A DNA stretch of 64,000 nt from the NCBI GenBank assembly GCA_015231795.1, contig JADGAX010000002.1, positions 593,067-657,066 of the forward strand, given 5' to 3'. This document shows, piece after piece, positions 18,575 to 27,894 of this stretch. The DNA comes from Alphaproteobacteria bacterium (GTDB lineage: Bacteria > Pseudomonadota > Alphaproteobacteria > Rhodospirillales > WMHbin7). The notes under the pieces were generated by a model. That model saw only the letters and a program-made list of their open reading frames with translations, ran no database searches and was not told the origin of the DNA. Within the stretch, counting starts at the first letter, position 1. Every line of letters begins with the position of its first letter. The position numbers were made by a program, and so were the translations under genes.

Positions 18575-19437
18575 CGCAAATCATCGATCATCGACCGCGC
18601 CGCAGCGCTCTTTACATGCCAGCCTCCAACGCCAGGGCTTTGGAAAAGGCGCGCACCTTGCAAGCCGACGTGCTGATTCTCGATCTGGAAGATTCAGTGG
18701 ACCCGCAATCCAAGGAGACGGCGCGCGGCCAAGCCATGGCCGAACTGGCGAAGGGCGGCTTTGGCAGGCGCGAGACGGTGCTGCGCGTCAATGCGCTGAC
18801 GACGCCCTGGGGGGTGGACGATCTGAAGGCGGCGGCGCATGGCAAGGCCGACGCCGTGTTGCTTTCCAAGGTGGAATCGGCCCACGACGTCCGCGAAGCG
18901 GAATCACTGCTGGCGGGAACCGACCTGTCGATTTGGTGCATGATCGAAACGCCCAAGGGCGTTCTGGCCGCGTCCGAGATCGCCCAGGCCTCCAAGCGCC
19001 AAGGCTGTTTCGTTCTGGGCACGTCCGATCTGGCCAAGGATCTGCGTTGCCGTCATACGCCAGACCGTCTGGCGCTGCTGTTCAGCTTAAGCCAGACGCT
19101 GCTGGCCGCCCGCGCCCATGGCTTGGCCTGCCTGGATGGCGTGCATCTTGATCTGTCCGACGATGTGGGGTTCGAGCGCGCCTGCCTGCAGGGCCGCGAT
19201 CTGGGCTTTGACGGCAAGACGCTGATCCATCCCAAAACCATCGAAACGGCCAACCGCGTCTTCTCGCCCAGCGATCAGGACGTGGCGGCGGCCAAGAAGA
19301 TCGTGGCCAGCTTCGAGGCGGCGAAGGCGCAAGGCAAGGGCGTTGTCGTAGTCGATGGCCGTCTGGTCGAACATCTGCATGTGCAAGAAGCGCTGCGCGT
19401 CCTGGCCTTGGCCGAGGCGATTGCACGCGGGGTCTGA
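18571..19437 (+). CDS. CitE-family CoA-ester lyase (malyl-CoA/citramalyl-CoA lyase-like)
   Basis: RRSALYMP, ILDLEDSV, MIETPKG, GTSDL and GFDGKTLIHP. ATG 18571 overlaps the upstream stop. Confidence 0.88.
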   Translation: MTQIIDHRPRRSALYMPASNARALEKARTLQADVLILDLEDSVDPQSKETARGQAMAELAKGGFGRRETVLRVNALTTPWGVDDLKAAAHGKADAVLLSKVESAHDVREAESLLAGTDLSIWCMIETPKGVLAASEIAQASKRQGCFVLGTSDLAKDLRCRHTPDRLALLFSLSQTLLAARAHGLACLDGVHLDLSDDVGFERACLQGRDLGFDGKTLIHPKTIETANRVFSPSDQDVAAAKKIVASFEAAKAQGKGVVVVDGRLVEHLHVQEALRVLALAEAIARGV

Positions 19438-19462
19438 CCCCACTCGCTGCCAGACACCGGCG

Positions 19463-21742
19463 CTACTTAGATTTCAGACGCCAGACGCCGTCCCAATCCG
19501 GCGGCGGGTTGGCCTTCAGATATTCGCAGCGTTCGATATACATCTTCGCGCAGAAATCGTTGGGGTGCAGGCGAAGCGATTCGCGGAAGGCCTTTTCAGC
19601 TTCGTCGAACTGGCCGTGGCGGTATGACTGCACGCCAAAGCCGAAGGTGCTGAGCACGTCCATCATGTTGGGGAAGGTGGCGTCGGTGTGGAAGTCGACC
19701 ACCTCGAACACCGCCACCGGCTGCGTCTTGCCCTTGACGATCACCTTGTCCACCTCGCGCATGCGATAAGTGCCCTTCAGGCGGGCCTTGGTGAATTCGC
19801 TGATCAACAGCTTGGCGCCATACTGCTTGGTGGCCGATTCCAAGCGCGAAGCCAGGTTCACGCCGTCGCCGATGACGGTGTAATCCATGCGTTTGGGACT
19901 GCCGATATTGCCCGACACGATATTGTCGGTATTAAGGCCGATGCCGATGTCGACCGGGCGCTTGCCCTCAGAGGCGCGCCGCTCATTGTATTTGGCCAGG
20001 CCTCGCAGCATGTCGAGGGCGGCGCGCATGGCGCGGTCCTCGTCATCGTCGTGTGGCAATGGCGTGCCGAAGATGGCCATGATGGCGTCGCCAATGAACT
20101 TGTCGAGCATGCCGCCTTCATTGGTGATGCAATCGACCATGATGGTGAAATATTCGTTCAGCAAAGCCACCGTGCCTTGCGGCCCCAGTTCCTCGGTCAG
20201 GGTCGTAAAGCCGCGAATGTCCGAGAACAAGACGGTGGCGATGCTGGATTGGCCGCCCATCACCGCCTCGCCGCCGGCCAGCAGCTTGTCGGCCAGCGTG
20301 GGGTCCATATAGCGGGCCATGGTCGATTTCATGCGCTTTTCTGAACTGATGTCCTCGATCATCAGCATGCTGCCCAGCTTCTTGCCGCTGGCGTCCGACA
20401 ATGGCTCGAAGGTCAGGTTGGCGGAAATGCGCTCGCCCTCGATCTCCAACTCGGCGTCGATCATGGCGTCGCCCGCGCGCTCTTCTTCGCACTGCTTGAT
20501 CTTGTCGAAAATCCAGTCATTGGGGGCTTGGAAGAAATCTGCGGCCGGGCGGCCCAGAATTTGCGCAGCTTCCACTTTCAAGATGCGCAAGCCCGAAGCG
20601 TTGCAGGTGACGATCTTGCCGTCCTCGTTCAAGGTCAGCACGCCGCTGGTCATCGATTCCAGGATCGATTCATTGTAGTTCTTGATGTTCTGGACGTCGT
20701 CGAACAGTTTGGCGTTTTCAAGGCCGATGGATATTTGCGAAACGAAGGCCTTCAGCCTCGCCTCATCCTCGGGCGAGAAGGCGCCGCCCCGCTTGTTCAA
20801 AACCTGAGTGACGCCGATGCCCTTGCCGTCCTTGTTCAGAACCGGCACGCACAAGATCGAGCGCGTGAAAAAGCCGGTCTTGCGGTCGAAGGCGGGGTTG
20901 AAGCGCAAATCGGCGTAGGCGTAGGGAATGTTGATGGTCTCGCGCGTCGTGAAGACGGCGCCCGCGATGCCTAGATGGTTGGGCAGCCTGATCTGCGTGG
21001 CGCCCAGCCCCTCGCCCACCATGGTGAACAGCTCGTTGGTCTTTTCGTCATTGATGAACAGGGTCGAGCGTTCAGCGTCCAGCATGCGGGTGATGGTGGC
21101 GATGATCTTCGAAAGCAACGGCCCCAGCTTCAATTCCGACGAAATGTCCGAGACGACGCTTAAGAACTCAAGCTCCTGCTTGCGCTTGCGCTCAAGGCCC
21201 TCGACGGTGTGCAGGCTTTCCAGGGCGATCGCCGCCTGCTCGACCGTGGCTTCCAACAGGTCCATGTCGGCCTGGGTGAAGTCGCCCGAAAACTTGTTGA
21301 GAAGCTGGGCGACGCCGATGCATTCGCCCTTCAGGTTGCGCAGCGGCACGCACAAGATGGATTTTGTGATGAAGCCGGTCATCTGATCGACCGACTTGTT
21401 GAAATGCGAATCCTGATAGGCGTCGTGGATCATGACGCCTTTGCCGGTGGTGAAGACGTGGCCCGCGATGCCGCTTGAATTCATGATGCGGATTTCGCGG
21501 GTGAACTTGCCCTCGGCGACCAGCGAATACAATTCGCCCGACGCCTCCTCGTTCATGAAGATGGCGCCGCGCTCGGTGCCGATCGATTTTGTGGTGATGT
21601 CGACCAGCGTGGCCAGCGCCTCAAGCAGATCGTGCGAGGCGGCCAAACGGTTCGAGACGTCAAGCAAAAAGCTGGCTTGGCGGGCGTTGGTCTTGGCCCC
21701 CGTCTTTCTTGCCTGAACCTGTTGCCTTGCCATCTCGTTCAT
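19463..21742 (-). CDS. Class III adenylate cyclase, GAF-GAF-PAS-CYC(-TPR), CyaB1-like architecture
   Basis: Two GAF domains with NK...F...D motifs (QLLNKFSGDF, VLNKRGGAF) and a PAS region. Catalytic FSDIRGFT, LDKFIGDAIM and DYTVIGDGVNLASRLES. Confidence 0.9.
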   Translation of the reverse strand: MNEMARQQVQARKTGAKTNARQASFLLDVSNRLAASHDLLEALATLVDITTKSIGTERGAIFMNEEASGELYSLVAEGKFTREIRIMNSSGIAGHVFTTGKGVMIHDAYQDSHFNKSVDQMTGFITKSILCVPLRNLKGECIGVAQLLNKFSGDFTQADMDLLEATVEQAAIALESLHTVEGLERKRKQELEFLSVVSDISSELKLGPLLSKIIATITRMLDAERSTLFINDEKTNELFTMVGEGLGATQIRLPNHLGIAGAVFTTRETINIPYAYADLRFNPAFDRKTGFFTRSILCVPVLNKDGKGIGVTQVLNKRGGAFSPEDEARLKAFVSQISIGLENAKLFDDVQNIKNYNESILESMTSGVLTLNEDGKIVTCNASGLRILKVEAAQILGRPAADFFQAPNDWIFDKIKQCEEERAGDAMIDAELEIEGERISANLTFEPLSDASGKKLGSMLMIEDISSEKRMKSTMARYMDPTLADKLLAGGEAVMGGQSSIATVLFSDIRGFTTLTEELGPQGTVALLNEYFTIMVDCITNEGGMLDKFIGDAIMAIFGTPLPHDDDEDRAMRAALDMLRGLAKYNERRASEGKRPVDIGIGLNTDNIVSGNIGSPKRMDYTVIGDGVNLASRLESATKQYGAKLLISEFTKARLKGTYRMREVDKVIVKGKTQPVAVFEVVDFHTDATFPNMMDVLSTFGFGVQSYRHGQFDEAEKAFRESLRLHPNDFCAKMYIERCEYLKANPPPDWDGVWRLKSK

Positions 21743-22362
21743 GTGCCTGCCTCAAGCCGCTCTCTCAGCGCGGAAATAGCCCTTTGAAGTTCAACCGCCT
21801 CGGCGGCGAACTTGGCTTCGGCCTTGCGCATTTTTTCCTGGCTTTCAAAAGTTTGCAAGTCCAGCTTCGCCCTCAGCGCATCCGCCGTGCCCTTCAACTG
21901 GCGGATTTCCTCTTGCATCTCCAGGGATGCCTTCTGAACCCGTTCGGTTTCGCCGATGCGCTGTTTGTCCAACTCGTCGCGCAGGGCGTCGGCCATGGCG
22001 CGCAATTGCGCGATCTCGGCCTGAGCGTTGCCGACAACCTTCTGCGTGCGTTCGGACTCGCCGATGCGCTGCCTCTCAAGCTCGTCGCGCAGCGCGTTCA
22101 CGGTCTCGCGAAGCTGGGAAATCTCGCCCTGGAAGTCGTTCTGGAGTTTCTGGGCGCGCTCTGCCTCGCCGATCTTCTGCTTGTCCATCTCGTCGCGCAG
22201 GGCGTTGATGGTGGCCTTCAGATGCGCGTTCTCGGCTTGGATGTCGTTGACCGCCCGCTGCACGGCGACCGTCTGCTCCCTGCGCAGCCGGTCGAGTTCG
22301 GCCCTCAGCCGGTCGGCTTCGTTCTGGTCTGACCGGGGGGCGACGGCGGCGTTTGGCTGCAT
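21739..22362 (-). CDS. Coiled-coil protein built from 36-aa repeats, translationally coupled to the adenylate cyclase
   Basis: GAGGTG RBS before ATG 22362. Stop overlaps the cyclase ATG (ATGA). Internal repeats ALRDE..KQ.IGE.ER.QK. Confidence 0.8.
   Translation of the reverse strand: MQPNAAVAPRSDQNEADRLRAELDRLRREQTVAVQRAVNDIQAENAHLKATINALRDEMDKQKIGEAERAQKLQNDFQGEISQLRETVNALRDELERQRIGESERTQKVVGNAQAEIAQLRAMADALRDELDKQRIGETERVQKASLEMQEEIRQLKGTADALRAKLDLQTFESQEKMRKAEAKFAAEAVELQRAISALRERLEAGT
21742..22218 (-). repeat. About 4.4 tandem 108-nt (36-codon) coding repeats
   Basis: KATINALRDEMDKQKIGEAERAQKLQNDFQGEISQL / RETVNALRDELERQRIGESERTQKVVGNAQAEIAQL / RAMADALRDELDKQRIGETERVQKASLEMQEEIRQL / KGTADALRAKLDLQTFESQEKMRKAEAKFAAEAVEL / QRAISALRERL. 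Confidence 0.85.
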
Positions 22363-22441
22363 CCAGGACACCTCAACAGAGCGCTGTTTTGCCCAAGTAT
22401 AGCAGCTTTTCACCTGTTCGTGGAAATGTTAAGCTGAGGCT

Positions 22442-22759
22442 ATGACAGGAGAAAGCGCTTCAGATCGCCGCAGATTTACCCGCCATGACGTATCCATCCC
22501 GGTTCGCATCAAGGATGGCGGGCGTGGCATTGAGGCCGAAACGGTCAACATTTCGGGTTGCGGTCTGGCGCTGAAGTTAGAGTCGTCCTTGCTGGCGGGC
22601 AGCAAGGTCAAGGTGGAAATCGGCGAGCTTGGCGAATTTGCCGCCGACATCGTGGCGGTCGGCGATACTGGTCGCCTGCGGCTTGACATTTCCGAGACCG
22701 AGCAGGCCCAACTAGCCGACGAGATCGTGCGCAAGCTGGCGCATCTGATGCCGGTTTAG
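22442..22759 (+). CDS. Single-domain PilZ protein (c-di-GMP receptor-like)
   Basis: RRRFTRH (RxxxR) and VNISGCG (D/NxSxxG) motifs. Confidence 0.85.
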   Translation: MTGESASDRRRFTRHDVSIPVRIKDGGRGIEAETVNISGCGLALKLESSLLAGSKVKVEIGELGEFAADIVAVGDTGRLRLDISETEQAQLADEIVRKLAHLMPV

Positions 22760-22767
22760 AACGGCTT

Positions 22768-23481
22768 CTATATAAGCCGCTTGTCTCGTTCCAGCCTGAT
22801 CTGAATGTCGTACCCCTTCAGGGTGAAATAGCGCCGCAGCAGCACGGCGGCGGCAATCGCGATCCAGGCCCCCATCACCGTATCGGACAGGTAATGCACC
22901 GTGATCATGACGCGGCTGAGCGCTATCAGGAAAGCCAGCACCAGATAGGCGGCGTCATAGCGAGGATAGATGAAATACAGCGCCATCATGGCGGCGAAAA
23001 TGGCCTGCGAATGGCCGGACGGAAAGGAATTCATGCCCCATTGGGTGTTGAAGGGTTCGAATCCGTACATTCCTTGCTCGAACAAATGACGGGGCCGGAT
23101 GCGCCCGATCAGATATTTCAGCAGATTGACCAACAGGCCCGACGTCACCATGACCAGAAGGGCGTAAAGGGCGGCGCGCCCCCAGGAGCGATAGCGCTGA
23201 AAATCGATGTTGCGCACCGACGAATGGGCCATGGTGCGCAAGATCAGAAGGGCGACGGCGGCCACCACCAGATAGCCGGTGGCGTCGCCCAGCACGGTAA
23301 TGGTTTTAAAGAAGGACAAAGTCTCCGGCGAGACGCCCTCTTTCAGCGCCAGCGCCAGCGGCTTGTCGATGGCGACGTAGGAAAAGGCGCAAAAAACCAG
23401 CACATACAAGAATGACGCGGTCAGCGGCCAAGCCGCCGTCAAGCGTCTGATCTCGTGCAGGGCGATCTTCAAGGGGATCAT
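22768..23481 (-). CDS. PAP2 phosphatase, lipid A 1-phosphatase (LpxE)-like
   Basis: LKYLIGRIRP, SFPSGH and SRVMITVHYLSD motifs. Overlaps the upstream GT39 gene. Confidence 0.8.
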   Translation of the reverse strand: MIPLKIALHEIRRLTAAWPLTASFLYVLVFCAFSYVAIDKPLALALKEGVSPETLSFFKTITVLGDATGYLVVAAVALLILRTMAHSSVRNIDFQRYRSWGRAALYALLVMVTSGLLVNLLKYLIGRIRPRHLFEQGMYGFEPFNTQWGMNSFPSGHSQAIFAAMMALYFIYPRYDAAYLVLAFLIALSRVMITVHYLSDTVMGAWIAIAAAVLLRRYFTLKGYDIQIRLERDKRLI

Positions 23482-25121
23482 CCGCCCTTCCCGGCCCGAT
23501 ACAGGCGCAAGGTGACGGGCTTGCCGCGCGAATAGTTGATGCCTTCGATTTTAGCCAGTTCCTCGACGTCGCTCAGGCCCAATGCAGCACGAAAGCCGAT
23601 CTCTTCTCGCTCTTCCACCAAGGCCAGGGCGCCCTGATGGGCCAGGATATGCTCGGCGGCTGATTTTCCGCCATCGGCCAGCAGGGTGCGCGTTCCCAGC
23701 CAGAAGACCAGACTTGGTTCATGGTAACCGGCGGCGGCCACCGGCAAGGTTGCGCCCTGTGCGGCCACGGCTTCGGCGGCGCGCCTGCTGATCGCCAACT
23801 GGTCCAGCCTGGGCAGAATGGCGGCCAGGATCAGGGTAATCGCCAGCGCTCCGGCCAGACCGCCCTGGATCAAGGCCTTGGCGTGATGGCCGGTCCAGAG
23901 ATGGCGGATGGCCAGGGCGCTGGCCAGCAAGGCGGCCAGGGCGGCGGGAATCGACCAAAGGGTAAAGCCGGACCCATACAGAATGGGGGCTGCGACGCTG
24001 GCGGCGGCCAGAATTAGGCCGATCAGCCCCCAAACGGCGGCCCAGGCTTTCAGGCCCTTGCCAATTTTTCCCTGATTCTCAAAGGCCCAGGCGGCGATCA
24101 AGAGGGCCAGGGCAGGATAAAGCGGCAGCACGTAATGGGGCAGTTTGGTGGGGATCAGTTCGAAGATCAGCCAGGACGGAACCAGCCAAGCCAGCAAAAA
24201 ACGGTGATGAGGGGCCGCCCGCTCGCGCAGGGCGCGGCTCAGGGCGGGCCACAGCAGCAGCGATCCCGGCCACAAGAAGATCGAGGCCAGCAGCAGATAC
24301 ATGCCGGGGACGCCGCCATGCGATTCCTGGGCGCCCAGCAATTTGGGCAGCAGGTCCTTGCCCACGGCTTCGCCCATGAAGGCGCCGCCGGTGGCGCTGC
24401 TGATCGAGACCAGCCAGGGACCCACGATGGCAGAAGCCACCAGAAGCCCCATCAAGGGGCGCATTTTAACGAACCAAGCCAGATTGCGGTCGGCAATCGC
24501 CAGTGCGGCCAGGGTGACGGCGACGATCATGGGCAGGACGGGTCCCTTGATCAGCATGCCAAGGCCCAAAGCCAGCCAGAAGGCCAGGGCGACGCCATTG
24601 CCGGGCTGGGCGATGGCCTTGCCCCGCCCATGCAGATAGAACCAGCCCATGGATCCCATGACGGCGATCGAGACCGCCATCAGGGCAGCGTCGGTTTTGG
24701 CCTGATGGCCTTCCAGAATGACCATCAGCGACGAAGCCAGCACACCCGCCCCCAGCAAAGCGGCGGGCGGTCCGGTCAGGCGTTTTCCAAAATGATAGAG
24801 CAGCAGCACGCCCAGCCAGACCGAGAGCAGGGACGGCAGGCGATAGGGCCAGATGGCGGTACTTGCGGGCGATGAGAATGCGGCCACGCTGGCCGCCTGC
24901 GCCCAATAGATGCCCACCGGCTTTTTGTTGCGCGCCTCGTCTTGATACATGATGCGGATGTAATCGCCGCTTTCCAGCATTTGGCGCGTGGCCTGGGCGA
25001 AGCGCGATTCGTCGCGGTCCAGGGGCGGAATCTGCGCCAGGCCGGGGATCAGAACGCCCAGGCAAAGCAGGCTTAGGATCAGATAGGGTTTGAATCCCTG
25101 GAACAAGTGGCGGCATCCCAT
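23478..25121 (-). CDS. GT39/ArnT-family (GT-C) lipid A glycosyltransferase, RgtF-like
   Basis: PPLDRDESRFAQATRQM, NKKPVGIYW, AKTDAAL, LIKGP and TKLPHYVLP. The start position is uncertain. Confidence 0.85.
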   Translation of the reverse strand: MGCRHLFQGFKPYLILSLLCLGVLIPGLAQIPPLDRDESRFAQATRQMLESGDYIRIMYQDEARNKKPVGIYWAQAASVAAFSSPASTAIWPYRLPSLLSVWLGVLLLYHFGKRLTGPPAALLGAGVLASSLMVILEGHQAKTDAALMAVSIAVMGSMGWFYLHGRGKAIAQPGNGVALAFWLALGLGMLIKGPVLPMIVAVTLAALAIADRNLAWFVKMRPLMGLLVASAIVGPWLVSISSATGGAFMGEAVGKDLLPKLLGAQESHGGVPGMYLLLASIFLWPGSLLLWPALSRALRERAAPHHRFLLAWLVPSWLIFELIPTKLPHYVLPLYPALALLIAAWAFENQGKIGKGLKAWAAVWGLIGLILAAASVAAPILYGSGFTLWSIPAALAALLASALAIRHLWTGHHAKALIQGGLAGALAITLILAAILPRLDQLAISRRAAEAVAAQGATLPVAAAGYHEPSLVFWLGTRTLLADGGKSAAEHILAHQGALALVEEREEIGFRAALGLSDVEELAKIEGINYSRGKPVTLRLYRAGKGG

Positions 25122-25149
25122 AAAAAAGAAACGGCCCCGCAAGGGGCCG
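25122..25149 (-). terminator. Intrinsic terminator after hbd, abutting the GT39 start
   Basis: CGGCCCC-(TTGC)-GGGGCCG on the minus strand, followed by TTTCTTTTTT and then ATG. Confidence 0.75.
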
Positions 25150-25173
25150 CTTCCAAGATCGGAAACAGTAACC

Positions 25174-26046
25174 TTAGCGGGTCGGCACCGGCTTCTCGCC
25201 CGAATAGTCGTAGAAGCCGCGTCCGGTCTTGCGGCCCAGCCAGCCCGCCTCGACATATTTCACCAGCAGCGGGCAGGGGCGGTATTTGGTGTCGGCCAGA
25301 CCGTCGAACAGAACTTGCATGACGGCAAGGCAGGTGTCCAGACCGATAAAGTCGGCCAGTTCCAGGGGACCCATCGGGTGGTTGGCGCCCAGCTTCATGG
25401 CGGTGTCGATGGCGTCGACCGATCCCACGCCCTCATACAGCGTATAAACAGCCTCGTTCAGCATGGGCAGCAAGATGCGGTTGACGATGAAGGCCGGGAA
25501 ATCCTCGGCGCTCACCGGCACCTTGTGCATCTGCAGCGTCAGTTCGCGCACGCTGGCGAAGGTGCCTTCGTCGGTGGCGATGCCGCGAATCAGCTCGACC
25601 AATTGCATCAGGGGCACCGGGTTCATGAAATGCATGCCCATGAACTTGCCGGGCCGGTCGGTCGACGACCCCAGGCGGGTGATCGAGATCGACGAGGTGT
25701 TGGAGGCGATCAGGGCTTCCGGCTTCAGATACGGGCACAGCTTGGCGAAAATCTCTTTCTTGACCGCTTCCTTCTCGGTGGCGGCCTCGATCACCAGATC
25801 GCAGTCGGCGAACAGCTTGTAGTCGGTGCCGGTTTCGATCAGGGCCTGCGCTTTCACCTTGTCGGCTTCGGTGATCTTTTCCTTGGAAACCTGACGGGCC
25901 ATGTTCTTCTCGATGACCTTCAGGCCCGCCTGCAGGCGGTCGTCGGAAAGATCGACCAATTTCACGGAAAATCCCGACAGGGCCGCCACATGGGCGATGC
26001 CCGACCCCATCTGGCCCGAGCCGATGATGCCTAATTTCTTGATCAT
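25174..26046 (-). CDS. hbd: 3-hydroxybutyryl-CoA dehydrogenase
   Basis: [44 protein letters not shown] and [16 protein letters not shown]. Confidence 0.93.
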   Translation of the reverse strand: MIKKLGIIGSGQMGSGIAHVAALSGFSVKLVDLSDDRLQAGLKVIEKNMARQVSKEKITEADKVKAQALIETGTDYKLFADCDLVIEAATEKEAVKKEIFAKLCPYLKPEALIASNTSSISITRLGSSTDRPGKFMGMHFMNPVPLMQLVELIRGIATDEGTFASVRELTLQMHKVPVSAEDFPAFIVNRILLPMLNEAVYTLYEGVGSVDAIDTAMKLGANHPMGPLELADFIGLDTCLAVMQVLFDGLADTKYRPCPLLVKYVEAGWLGRKTGRGFYDYSGEKPVPTR

Positions 26047-26094
26047 GATGGACGATCCTTGCGAAGAGTTGGGCGAGATGTGGTTCATGGAAGA

Positions 26095-27024
26095 TCAGAG
26101 AGCCTTTGAGAGTTCAGGGACTGCCTGAAACAGATCCGCCACCAGTCCGTAGTCGGCCACCTGGAAGATGGGGGCCTCTTCGTCCTTGTTGATGGCGACG
26201 ATGACCTTGGAATCCTTCATGCCCGCCAGATGCTGGATGGCGCCCGAAATGCCGACGGCGACGTAAAGTTCGGGAGCGACGATCTTGCCGGTCTGGCCCA
26301 CCTGCAAATCGTTGGGGGCGAAGCCCGCATCGACGGCGGCCCTGGAAGCGCCCACGGCGGCGCCCAGCTTGTCTGCCAGTTCTTCCAGCATTTTGAAGTT
26401 TTCCTGGCTGGCCATGCCGCGCCCGCCCGAAACGATGATGCGCGCCGCCGTCAGTTCCGGCCGCTCGCTTTTGGTGATCTCGGCCGAGACGAAGCTGGAC
26501 AGATCACAAGCGATTGCGCCGCCCACGGTCTCGATGGCGGCTGAACCGCCGCTGTCGGCAGCCGCGTCAAAGCCGGTGCCGCGCACGGTGATCACCTTGA
26601 TGGCGTCCTTCGACTGCACGGTGGCCAGCGCGTTGCCCGCATAGATGGGGCGCACGAAAGTATCGGCGGACACGACGGCGCAGATGTCGGAAATCTGGGC
26701 GACGTCGAGCAGGGCGGCCAGGCGGGGCAGCACATTCTTGCCCGTCGTGGTGGCCGATGCCAGCACATGGCTGTAATTCTTGGCCAGACCGACCAGCAAA
26801 GGCGCCAGCGCCTCGGCCAGGGGGTGGGCCAGGGCCGCGTCGTCGGCCAGCAAGACTTTGGCGACGCCAGCGATCTTGGCGGCGGCTTTGGCGACCGGCC
26901 TGCAATTGGAGCCAGCCACCAGAAGATGGATGTCGCCGCCGATCTTCTGCGCGGCGGTGACGGTATTGAGGGTGGCGGGCTTCAGGCTCGCATTGTCGTG
27001 TTCGGCAATCACAAGAAGAGCCAT
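26095..27024 (-). CDS. etfA: Electron transfer flavoprotein alpha subunit
   Basis: [32 protein letters not shown] and [12 protein letters not shown]. Confidence 0.96.
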   Translation of the reverse strand: MALLVIAEHDNASLKPATLNTVTAAQKIGGDIHLLVAGSNCRPVAKAAAKIAGVAKVLLADDAALAHPLAEALAPLLVGLAKNYSHVLASATTTGKNVLPRLAALLDVAQISDICAVVSADTFVRPIYAGNALATVQSKDAIKVITVRGTGFDAAADSGGSAAIETVGGAIACDLSSFVSAEITKSERPELTAARIIVSGGRGMASQENFKMLEELADKLGAAVGASRAAVDAGFAPNDLQVGQTGKIVAPELYVAVGISGAIQHLAGMKDSKVIVAINKDEEAPIFQVADYGLVADLFQAVPELSKAL

Positions 27025-27025
27025 G

Positions 27026-27775
27026 TCAGATCACCTTCGCTTCGTTCTTGAGCTTATCGACCAGTTGGGCCACGTCGGCCACCTTGACGCCCGCTTGGCG
27101 CTTGGCGGGTTCGCTCACCTTCAGCGTGACCAGACGAGGCTGGGTGTCGACGCCCAGCGCATCCGGGGCCACCGTCTCGATCGGCTTCTTCTTGGCCTTC
27201 ATGATATTAGGCAGCGACGCGTAGCGCGGCTCGTTCAGGCGCAGGTCGGTGGTGACGATGGCGGGCAGCTTGACCTTGATGGTCTCAAGGCCGCCGTCGA
27301 TTTCGCGGGTCACCAGGGCTTGGCCGTCTTCCAAAACGATCTTGGAGGCGAAGGTGGCCTGCGCCCAACCCATGAGGGCGGCCAGCATCTGGCCGGTCTG
27401 GTTGGCGTCGTCGTCGATGGCCTGCTTGCCCAGGATCACCAAGCCGGGCTGCTCCTTCTCGCACAGGGCCTTCAGGGCCTTGGCGACGGCCAGCGGCTGC
27501 AATTCGTCATCGGTTTGCACCAGGATGCCCCGGTCGGCGCCCATGGCCAGCGCGGTGCGGATGGTTTCCTGACAGGCGGCGGGACCCATGGAGACGGCCA
27601 CGATCTCGGCGGCCTTTCCGGCCTCCTTCAGGCGAACCGCTTCCTCGACGGCAATTTCGTCGAATGGGTTCATCGACATCTTGACGTTAGCCGTCTCGAC
27701 GCCTGTTTGATCGGATTTGACGCGGATCTTGACGTTGTAATCAATCACGCGCTTAACGGCGACCAGGACCTTCAT
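27026..27775 (-). CDS. etfB: Electron transfer flavoprotein beta subunit
   Basis: [40 protein letters not shown] and [21 protein letters not shown]. Confidence 0.96.
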   Translation of the reverse strand: MKVLVAVKRVIDYNVKIRVKSDQTGVETANVKMSMNPFDEIAVEEAVRLKEAGKAAEIVAVSMGPAACQETIRTALAMGADRGILVQTDDELQPLAVAKALKALCEKEQPGLVILGKQAIDDDANQTGQMLAALMGWAQATFASKIVLEDGQALVTREIDGGLETIKVKLPAIVTTDLRLNEPRYASLPNIMKAKKKPIETVAPDALGVDTQPRLVTLKVSEPAKRQAGVKVADVAQLVDKLKNEAKVI

Positions 27776-27894
27776 CTTTTCCCGCAGCCTTTCATGAAAT
27801 GGGGCCGTCCAGGTTGGTGCCTACCCGAAAGCGGCATTCGAATACCAGTATATGCACCGCACAATAACCGCGGCCTTCTGGCCTGTCAACGCGG

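Noticed and set aside
21742-22218. CRISPR-like or non-coding tandem array
   Set aside because: The repeats are in-frame, degenerate at the DNA level and have no spacer structure. They are protein repeats, and no CRISPR array or cas gene was seen anywhere in the window.
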